A DNA stretch of 64,000 nt from an uncultured Acidobacteriota bacterium (GTDB lineage Bacteria > Acidobacteriota > UBA890): positions 8,720-72,719 of the forward strand of contig CAYVUW010000006.1 in the NCBI GenBank assembly GCA_964455175.1, in the 5' to 3' direction. This document shows positions 56,999 to 64,000 of this stretch, piece by piece. Each line of letters begins with the position of its first letter. Position 1 is the stretch's first letter. Position numbers and translations under genes: made by a program. The notes under the pieces were generated by a model. It worked only from the letters and a program-made list of their open reading frames with translations. It ran no database searches and was not told where the DNA came from.

Positions 56999-58015
56999 AT
57001 GTCTCCAGAGCTTCCCGACAAACTGTTTCGCTGCTGGCATCCGGTCGCGTACAGCGAAGAGGTAGATGGCTCAACTCCTTATGCAGCGAAACTGTTGCAA
57101 GAGATGATTGTCATCTGGCGGACAGCTGACGGTACGCCTCATGCTATGAAAGACCTCTGTATTCATCGCGGTACCGCGCTGTCTCTGGGGCATCTGGCGG
57201 ACGACTGTATCGTTTGTCCGTATCACGGATGGCGCTATGACCCCAGCGGTGCTTGTACCTTAATTCCTCAGGCGACCAACACTAATATCCCTGTCAAAGC
57301 TCGCGTTGTTAGCTATCAATGCCAGGAGCGCTATGGGCTGATATGGGTAGCATTGTCGGATCCTGTCTATCCCTTGCCGGACATCCCTGAATTGGAAGAC
57401 AACACCTGGCAAGCCATCCACACCGGTCCTTATGCATGGGAATGCGATGCCTCCCGCCAGGTAGAAAACTTTACCGACTTCGGCCACTTCCCCTGGGTTC
57501 ATCCGGGGCTACTGGGCGACACCGACCGGCCACTGGTCCCAGATCATACCGTCCGGGTAGAAGGTCATGTTCTGCATTATGAGCTAGTCCGGCCGGAGGC
57601 GACTAATACTGAAGACTTTCCTATCTTTGCCAATGAAGAAAAGGAAACACCCGAACGGCGTAGCCGCTATGAATTACACTGCCCCTACACGATCCTGCTC
57701 CGGTTGGGATGGGGGGGCGAAAAGGGCATGGTCTACTTCTTCGTTTCCCAACCAATTGCCCATGACGCCTGTAGGGGATACTGCATCGTGACCCGGAACT
57801 ACGACCTCGATGAACCGGAACGGCTGATTCAGGAATTTGAAAACACCATTTTTTCACAGGACAAACGGGTCGTTTTATCCCAGCGACCCGAAATGGTGCC
57901 GTTTGATCTGGCTGACGAACTCCACCTGAATTTTGATGCGGTGGCCGTTAACTACCGACGCACCATGCAACAAGAAGAACTGTCTTACTATCCTGCACCA
58001 ACCGAAAGAAGCTGA
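56999..58015 (+). CDS. Rieske [2Fe-2S] non-heme-iron oxygenase (VanA/PaO/KshA-like alpha subunit)
   Basis: 338 aa. The Rieske ligands are CIHRG...(17)...CPYHGWRY. The mononuclear iron motif DFGHFPWVH (Dx2Hx4H) is present. No adjacent reductase or ferredoxin was found. Confidence 0.75.
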   Translation: MSPELPDKLFRCWHPVAYSEEVDGSTPYAAKLLQEMIVIWRTADGTPHAMKDLCIHRGTALSLGHLADDCIVCPYHGWRYDPSGACTLIPQATNTNIPVKARVVSYQCQERYGLIWVALSDPVYPLPDIPELEDNTWQAIHTGPYAWECDASRQVENFTDFGHFPWVHPGLLGDTDRPLVPDHTVRVEGHVLHYELVRPEATNTEDFPIFANEEKETPERRSRYELHCPYTILLRLGWGGEKGMVYFFVSQPIAHDACRGYCIVTRNYDLDEPERLIQEFENTIFSQDKRVVLSQRPEMVPFDLADELHLNFDAVAVNYRRTMQQEELSYYPAPTERS

Positions 58016-58143
58016 CCATTCAAAACCATAGAATTGTTGTTCTCCAGCCCAAGCTGCATGGTTTAGAGACTGATCCAAACTGGCTGTCGGCCGCAAATAG
58101 TCGTTCAAGCCACCGCACGCGTCACCCCCTCGTATGGCTGCCA

Positions 58144-59643
58144 TTGGTCATTCTTGTGAGCGTGTTTGGATCCGCTTGCAGCGGACAGAGCGAATCGCCG
58201 GAACCGGTTCCCCAGCAGGTCGCGGAGCCTAACTTCTCGGCTGTTCAAGCCGAGCTGATGGGAGCCGGCGGAACTTTCAGTAACGCCTGGGCAGACATCG
58301 ATGGGGATGGAGACTCTGATCTCTTTGTGGGCTTCAACGGCGCACCGAATCGACTTTACCGGAATGACAACGGTGTCCTAGTAAACGTGTCGGAGGAGCT
58401 AGGGATCACAAACTCGCGCCGCACACGGAGCGCCGCCTGGGGAGATTTCGACCTGGACGGAGATCCCGACATGTTCCTCGGTCTCACGGGCGGTGAGGAT
58501 GAGGCGATCACGGCCCTACTTCGCAACGACGGGGATCGCTTCGTTGACGTTGCGTCGGATATCGGCCTCCGACTGGAGGAAGGCAGCACTCGCCAGGCGG
58601 CTTGGGCGGACTTCGATGGGGATGGGGACCTGGATCTTTTTCTGGGGATGCGAGATCGGGAGAACGTCCTTTTCCGGAATGACGGAGGCCAGTTTCAGGA
58701 TGTAGCGGGCGCGGTGGGTGTGGCCGATGCCCGACGGACGGTCGGGGCCCTGTGGTTCGACTACGAGCAGGATGGGGACCTTGACCTAGTCGTGGCCAAC
58801 ATGGACGGTGGCGCCAATGGTCTCTTCCGCAACCACGAGGGCATGTTTACCGATGTGGCTGCCGAGGCAGGGATCGCCGATGGTGGCCGCGGCATCGGTG
58901 ACGAATCGTACGGCACCGTCCGACCCTGCGTAGTGGACTATGACGCCGACGGCTGGATGGACCTATTTATGGCGAACTACGGGCCAAATGCTCTCTATCA
59001 CAATGAAGGCAATGGCCAGTTTCGGAATGTGGCCGGTGAGCTAGGCGTCGCAATCGATTCACGCTACGACACCTGTGTTTTCGGTGACTACGATCTGGAC
59101 GGCCGGATAGACCTGTTTGTGAATGGAACCGTCGCCGGCGACACGCAATACCGAGACTACCTGCTTCGCAACACCGAAGATGGCTTCGTAGACGTCACAC
59201 CGCCCGAACTGCTGACGCTAAACGCGGACCACGGCGCCCAATGGGTGGATTTTGATGGGGACGGTGCGCTGGACCTTTCGCTGACCGGAGCCCCTCCTGC
59301 TGGGATGCACTACGTAATGCGGAACTCCCGTAACGATGGCGAGGGTGGAGCCTCGATCCAGGTTCTGGTGGTCGACGCGGAAGGGAAGGCGAACCGAGCA
59401 GGGGCCGAGGTCCGGGTCTATCGAGCGGGCACCAACGAGCTTCTCGGTGCCCAGGTAGTGGATTCCGGTTCCGGGTACAACAGCCAAAACGTGGCGCCCG
59501 TTCACTTCGGGTTACCGGGGCACGGTCGCGTTGATGTCGAAGTTGTGTTTCCGCACGGGGGAAGGCGCGACGTGACACGCGAGACTGATGTGGACCCAAG
59601 TTCGACGGCTGGAAACCCTCTCACGATTCGCACGGGTGGATAG
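58144..59643 (+). CDS. FG-GAP/VCBS-repeat CRTAC1(ASPIC/UnbV)-family protein, probable lipoprotein
   Basis: 499 aa. It has seven FG-GAP-like repeats (DIDGDGDSDLFVG, DLDGDPDMFLG, DFDGDGDLDLFLG, DYEQDGDLDLVVA, DYDADGWMDLFMA, DYDLDGRIDLFVN, DFDGDGALDLSLT) and a C-terminal UnbV-like domain. Only a TTG start without SD is available (MVILVSVFGSAC), so the start is uncertain. Confidence 0.6.
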   Translation: MVILVSVFGSACSGQSESPEPVPQQVAEPNFSAVQAELMGAGGTFSNAWADIDGDGDSDLFVGFNGAPNRLYRNDNGVLVNVSEELGITNSRRTRSAAWGDFDLDGDPDMFLGLTGGEDEAITALLRNDGDRFVDVASDIGLRLEEGSTRQAAWADFDGDGDLDLFLGMRDRENVLFRNDGGQFQDVAGAVGVADARRTVGALWFDYEQDGDLDLVVANMDGGANGLFRNHEGMFTDVAAEAGIADGGRGIGDESYGTVRPCVVDYDADGWMDLFMANYGPNALYHNEGNGQFRNVAGELGVAIDSRYDTCVFGDYDLDGRIDLFVNGTVAGDTQYRDYLLRNTEDGFVDVTPPELLTLNADHGAQWVDFDGDGALDLSLTGAPPAGMHYVMRNSRNDGEGGASIQVLVVDAEGKANRAGAEVRVYRAGTNELLGAQVVDSGSGYNSQNVAPVHFGLPGHGRVDVEVVFPHGGRRDVTRETDVDPSSTAGNPLTIRTGG

Positions 59644-59712
59644 GATGAATTCGGTGTGGAGGAGCTGTGGCAACGCTTTGACAACTAACTTGCGACCAAG
59701 AGGCAAAAACAC

Positions 59713-61266
59713 ATGACCAAATCGTATGGGGGCCTGAGCATCGTCGCCGTGCTTTCCCTTCTCTCTACTCCAACCGCAGTGCAAGAGCCAGTCTATTGGG
59801 ACGTGGTCGACCGTATACGGAGCGAGGGATTCGACAATTCACATGTGATGGACAGCGCCGGCTACCTCGCCGACGTAATCGGTCCACGTCTCACTGGATC
59901 GCCCAACATGCGGCAGGCTCAGGAGTGGGCGCTGGCCCGGATGACGGAGTTCGGACTATCCGGGGTCAAGAAGGAGGCGTGGGGCGACGAGACCGTCGGA
60001 TGGGAAGTGGAGCGTACCTCGGTTCACATGACGGCCCCCGATTACCAAATGGTGATTGCCTATCCACTCGCCTGGAGCCCTGGGACTCAGGGCCCGGTTG
60101 TGGCGAATGCAATAATCGCTACGATTGGGAATCCCGATGACCTCAATCAGTATCGCGGTCGGCTCGATGGTGCAATCGTACTGGCCACACCACCGATGCC
60201 AACAAGTCCACGATTTGTGCAGGACGCGTTTCGGCACGACGAAGAGTCGCTGGGCGTTTTCGAGACCGAAGGTGTTGACCTCCTTATCCGCCGCCATTCA
60301 CGAGGTCAGCCTGAGCAATCGACCTTTCGACGAGAGGGAATCTCTGATGCCGAGGTCGAGGAGTTCTACAAGTCAGAGGGGGCTGCGGTCATTCTTACGG
60401 CGAGCATTGGAAGCGATGGGACCGTGTACGCGACCGGACTCCCAACGACCCGCGAAAACAGAACCCGAGAGGGCATCGAGAACGCCCTTCCCACCCTCGC
60501 CGTTGCCACCGAACACTACAACCGCATCCACCGGATTCTTGAGCGTGGCATTGCGGTGACAATGGACGTGGATGTCCGGGTGGCATTTGATGAATCGGAC
60601 CAGAGGGGATTCAACATCATCGGGGAGATTCCCGGCAGCGATCTGGCCGACGAGTTGGTGATGATCGGGGCGCACCTGGATTCATGGCACTCCGGCACCG
60701 GAGCCAGTGACAATGCCAGCGGCATATCCGTCGTGCTCGAGGCAATGCGCATTCTCAAGGCGATCGATGCTCGCCCTCGGCGAACGATTCGTGTTGGCCT
60801 GTGGAGCCAGGAAGAAATCGGCCACAGTGGTTCTCGCGGCTACATCCAAAACCACTTCGGTAGCCCACTGGACGGAACAATGCCGGACTACGATCGGTTC
60901 TCTGTCTACTTCAACATGGACAACGGCACCGGCCAATTCCGCGGCGTGCACATCCAGGGCAACACCCAAGCAACACCCATACTCGAGGCCTGGATGACAC
61001 CGTTCCACGAGTTTGAGATGGAGACTATTTCCCAATTCAGTAACACCGGAACCGATCACCTCTCCTTTATCAGGAACGGGCTTCCCGGCTTTCAGTTCCT
61101 GCAAGACCGCATCGACTACCGAGCCCGAAGTCACCACTTCAACATGGACGTTTACGATCGGCTTCTGCCGCGTGACTTGATGATCAACTCAGTCGTTATG
61201 GCGAGCTTCGCTTACCATGCTGCGATGCGGGACGGGAGGTTTCCTCGGCCCCAAACTGAGCGTTGA
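59713..61266 (+). CDS. M28 family zinc aminopeptidase, secreted
   Basis: 517 aa. A signal peptide is present. GAHLDSWHSGTGASDNASGISVVLEAMRIL and WSQEEIGHSGSRGY are M28 metal ligands. Confidence 0.8.
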   Translation: MTKSYGGLSIVAVLSLLSTPTAVQEPVYWDVVDRIRSEGFDNSHVMDSAGYLADVIGPRLTGSPNMRQAQEWALARMTEFGLSGVKKEAWGDETVGWEVERTSVHMTAPDYQMVIAYPLAWSPGTQGPVVANAIIATIGNPDDLNQYRGRLDGAIVLATPPMPTSPRFVQDAFRHDEESLGVFETEGVDLLIRRHSRGQPEQSTFRREGISDAEVEEFYKSEGAAVILTASIGSDGTVYATGLPTTRENRTREGIENALPTLAVATEHYNRIHRILERGIAVTMDVDVRVAFDESDQRGFNIIGEIPGSDLADELVMIGAHLDSWHSGTGASDNASGISVVLEAMRILKAIDARPRRTIRVGLWSQEEIGHSGSRGYIQNHFGSPLDGTMPDYDRFSVYFNMDNGTGQFRGVHIQGNTQATPILEAWMTPFHEFEMETISQFSNTGTDHLSFIRNGLPGFQFLQDRIDYRARSHHFNMDVYDRLLPRDLMINSVVMASFAYHAAMRDGRFPRPQTER

Positions 61267-61355
61267 TGGGCCTGTTCGAGTTTTAGCTTTCTCGTGAGAT
61301 GAAGGTTGCCACGATGGCCACTGTGGCCGTTCCAATACGAGAGGCAATTGATTCG

Positions 61356-61826
61356 TCAACCATCGAATTCAACTACAGCAGCTTTCCAGGCAAGAGGATC
61401 GGCGGCGATGTCGAAGCGCAGACTAACGACCTCAAGGCAACGAGGAGTAAACTCGATCAATAAGTATGCTTCTCCGTACTGTCCATCTGGATAGTAAGCC
61501 GACCACTCGGGCTTCCAGCGAGCCTCTTTCTCCGCCAGGCTGTCGACAAACCGCACCTTGCCAACCAGGGTCGCGTAACCAGGATCAGCCTGGTCAAAAT
61601 AGATCAACGTAACGCGCGGATCAGCATACATCTCGGTGACCTTACGAGTATTCCGGTCGGTCGCCATCCAGACGATGAGCCCCTTTTCCGGAGGGAATGG
61701 GTGCATCATACGAGCTTGTGGTACCCCGTCGGGTCCAATTGTGATCAACGCGCAGTTTGATGCTGCGGCCATAATCGCTTCACCTGCTGCGATTATTTCC
61801 TCGGGTGTTGGGCTGGAGGGTTCCAT
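61356..61826 (-). CDS. pyridoxamine 5'-phosphate oxidase-like FMN-binding split-barrel protein
   Basis: 156 aa. ALITIGPDGVPQARMMHPF...GLIVWMATDRNTRKVTEMYADPRVTLIYFD is a PNPOx-like fold signature. Confidence 0.65.
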   Translation of the reverse strand: MEPSSPTPEEIIAAGEAIMAAASNCALITIGPDGVPQARMMHPFPPEKGLIVWMATDRNTRKVTEMYADPRVTLIYFDQADPGYATLVGKVRFVDSLAEKEARWKPEWSAYYPDGQYGEAYLLIEFTPRCLEVVSLRFDIAADPLAWKAAVVEFDG

Positions 61827-62013
61827 AAGCAGTAAGCGTATCGCGTACGCGTCGGCGGGACCGCACCTCTCCCCCTTCCACTTGCACTTTTAATCTGGAA
61901 GATCTGGAGTCAAACAAGCACTCTTTGATGCCACTTGAAAGCAAACTAGAATCCGGTTGTCTTGCCCTCTTCTCGTTCGGGCGATTGGGTCCCGGAGCTT
62001 GTGGAACGACTGT

Positions 62014-62961
62014 ATGCACCAACTCCAGAAACAAGCCGTCACCCTAATTGCGGTCACCATGAGCTCGCTCGCTGCAACGACGGTGATCCGATCGACGGCA
62101 GAGCAACAGCAACAAAAACGCCCCGAGTACCGTGGCGAGGTCATCGCTCCGCAGCATGAATCATTCGGTTTCAGACTTGGTGAAGAACGACGTTACGTAC
62201 GTGGCCCGGAACGCATCTTGCGTGTAGGCGAATTCGAGCTGTGGACGATACGCCTCGACGAAATTTCGAATGCTGACACCGGGATGCCCCTGTATACCTT
62301 CATCTACAGTCGCGAGCTGTCCTTGATCAATCCAACCGACCGCGATTACATGGACAGTCTTCGCGCCACCATGTCGGTAACCGTCAATCACTACGGCTTC
62401 CCAGTCGAGGTGCGTTACGGGGGTAGCCCAGAGGAAGAATCCGACACCGACTTCATCAACAAGCGTGGGCTCCTGCGTTGGATCGGCAGCGCCTACCTGT
62501 TCCGTGCTCCAGAGGGCGTAGACGAAAACAGTTTCAACTTCAGCCTACCGGAGCACGAGGCTCTCAACCGCAACGTCCCCTCCGGCGTATTCATCTCTGA
62601 AACAGAAAATCCAGCTCTGATCACAATTCCAGGGGCAATCTTTCAAGCACTCAGTCTCTCCGAAATGGAATTCCTGTCGCTTAGGCCCAACCGAGTCGGT
62701 CGCCAACAGACACGGCGGCGCCGGTGGCGCAGCTATCCAGGAGGTACCCGTCGCAGCGACGTCGTTCGCGGCAAGCTCGAGTTCAAAGCCGTCGAAGAAA
62801 TTCTGATTGGTGACCGAACGTACGAGGCGATTAAACTCGAGTCGTCTGACTCTGGTGAAAACTTGTACATCGACAACAACGGTAAGATGTTGCTACTTGA
62901 AAGAAAGTTCCGGAACTGGCCCAATGCCTATATCCGCCTTCTACACCCTTCTGAATACTGA
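62014..62961 (+). CDS. hypothetical secreted protein
   Basis: ORF 61957..62961 trimmed to MHQLQKQAVTLIAVTMSSLAATTVIRS (signal-like). No family was recognised. An Arg-rich segment QQTRRRRWRSYPGGTRR is present. Confidence 0.45.
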   Translation: MHQLQKQAVTLIAVTMSSLAATTVIRSTAEQQQQKRPEYRGEVIAPQHESFGFRLGEERRYVRGPERILRVGEFELWTIRLDEISNADTGMPLYTFIYSRELSLINPTDRDYMDSLRATMSVTVNHYGFPVEVRYGGSPEEESDTDFINKRGLLRWIGSAYLFRAPEGVDENSFNFSLPEHEALNRNVPSGVFISETENPALITIPGAIFQALSLSEMEFLSLRPNRVGRQQTRRRRWRSYPGGTRRSDVVRGKLEFKAVEEILIGDRTYEAIKLESSDSGENLYIDNNGKMLLLERKFRNWPNAYIRLLHPSEY

Positions 62962-63069
62962 ATTCTAGCGGCGTCTCCGATGATCAGGACAGCTGCAACC
63001 TCTTATTAAGAGGGTTTGACAGCCCATGAATGAACATGGAGGTGTTGTCTTGGCTCGCATAGCAAAGCT

Positions 63070-64000
63070 TCACTGCGAAATCTCGGTCAACTCGTCAACT
63101 ACCGAACGGATGTCTTCGAGTGCTATCTCCATGGTTGGCATGTGGGTACGGAATGACAGCACACAGATGCGGAGAACATACTTCCCGCCTACGACCCCGT
63201 GGCTAATGAATATCCTTCGACGATCGTTAACCGCCTGCAGGAAACGTCGGTTAAGGCCGTTGAGTTCGTCGTCGCTGAGACCAGGTTCCACTAACCGAAA
63301 GGTCACCAACGACAGTTGCGGATCCGCAAAAATCTCGATGCCTTTGATCTCTCGCAGTTGTTCGGTGATCCATTTAGCAAGGTCGAGTTTTTCGTCGAGC
63401 TGACGACGGAACGCCCCAGCGCCGTGCATCTTGAGCGGCAGCCAAATGCCCAACCCGCGATGACCACGCGACAGCTCCGGCGATATCTCGCTGAAGTCGA
63501 TAAAATCAGGGTCCTCCCGCATTGTCGGCAGGTAATCGGCTTGGGTGGAGTGCGCGCGTGCCAAGGTTTCCCGGTCACGCACTAGTAACGAACCCGTACC
63601 GTAGGGGATGAATAATGACTTGTGGGGATCCAACGACATCGAATCGGACAACTCAATCCCGTTAAGCACATCGCGTCCTCTCTTGGTGAGCATAAAGAGC
63701 CCACCGTACGCGGCATCAACGTGAAACCAAAGACCTTGAGCGGAAGCGATTGCAGCAATCCCCGTGAGATTGTCGACCGCCCCAGTATTCACTGTGCCGG
63801 CGCTGCCTGCGACGAAGAACGGTTGCCGTCCGTCGGCACGATCAACCTCAATTAGTTTTTCTAGTTCATCCAAACGCATGCGGCAGTCGCTATCACTGCT
63901 AACGACCCGCACGCTGGATGAAGGAAACCCCGCGAGCATCGCCGCCTTTTGCATCGAGTGGTGCATCTGGTCTGACACGTAGATGCTGCCACGAAGAAAG
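63070..64000 (-). CDS. PLP-dependent group II (DOPA/glutamate/diaminobutyrate-type) decarboxylase, C-terminal part (N-terminus beyond window end)
   Basis: The frame is open to the window edge. LWFHVDAAYGG...LSDSMSLDPHKSLFIPYGTGSLLVRD contains the PLP-lysine motif DPHK. Confidence 0.75.
   Translation of the reverse strand, partial: FLRGSIYVSDQMHHSMQKAAMLAGFPSSSVRVVSSDSDCRMRLDELEKLIEVDRADGRQPFFVAGSAGTVNTGAVDNLTGIAAIASAQGLWFHVDAAYGGLFMLTKRGRDVLNGIELSDSMSLDPHKSLFIPYGTGSLLVRDRETLARAHSTQADYLPTMREDPDFIDFSEISPELSRGHRGLGIWLPLKMHGAGAFRRQLDEKLDLAKWITEQLREIKGIEIFADPQLSLVTFRLVEPGLSDDELNGLNRRFLQAVNDRRRIFISHGVVGGKYVLRICVLSFRTHMPTMEIALEDIRSVVDELTEISQ

Overview
This 64-kb window is a contiguous, high-GC (about 57-58%) bacterial chromosomal segment with roughly 50 protein-coding genes. 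No rRNA, tRNA, CRISPR array or recognisable mobile element was found. Gene content points to a Gram-negative organism with a secreted, peptide-scavenging lifestyle. Supporting features are Tat and Sec signal peptides, lipoboxes, a TonB-dependent receptor and more than 15 secreted hydrolases: amidase-signature enzymes, a D-aminoacylase, an Ntn-type asparaginase, M20/M28/M50 peptidases, S9 peptidases, two gamma-glutamyltransferases and a DUF4953 zinc metalloprotease.

Housekeeping anchors are ddl (5' part at the window start), tpx, the bolA-grxD pair, an MscS channel, an NSS transporter and two MFS transporters.

The most unusual observations are these:
- Two paralogous secreted proteins of about 1100 aa, each a BNR/sortilin-type beta-propeller with Gly/Arg-rich (RGG) linkers and a C-terminal helical domain, bracket a CarbopepD-type TonB-dependent receptor.
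- A PaaABC(D)-type diiron epoxidase module has PaaD split into two separate genes (a DUF59 half and a Zn-ribbon half) interrupted by paaB-paaC. The module lacks PaaE and every other paa pathway gene in this window (paaZ, paaK, paaG).
- A gamma-glutamyltransferase is fused to an N-terminal TolB/PD40 beta-propeller and sits between S9 peptidases carrying the same propeller.
- A D-amino-acid and peptide turnover cluster (ddl, two amidases, an isoaspartyl-peptidase-like enzyme, a D-aminoacylase) opens the window.
- A lower-GC islet at 55.6-58.0 kb holds an unannotated 39-aa hydrophobic ORF, DUF3303, an NTF2-like protein and a Rieske oxygenase without a reductase partner.

Several ORF-track starts were moved to internal start codons. 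Each correction rests on a Shine-Dalgarno motif, a signal peptide or a stop/start overlap with the neighbouring gene. Coordinates of corrected starts may be off by 1-2 nt.
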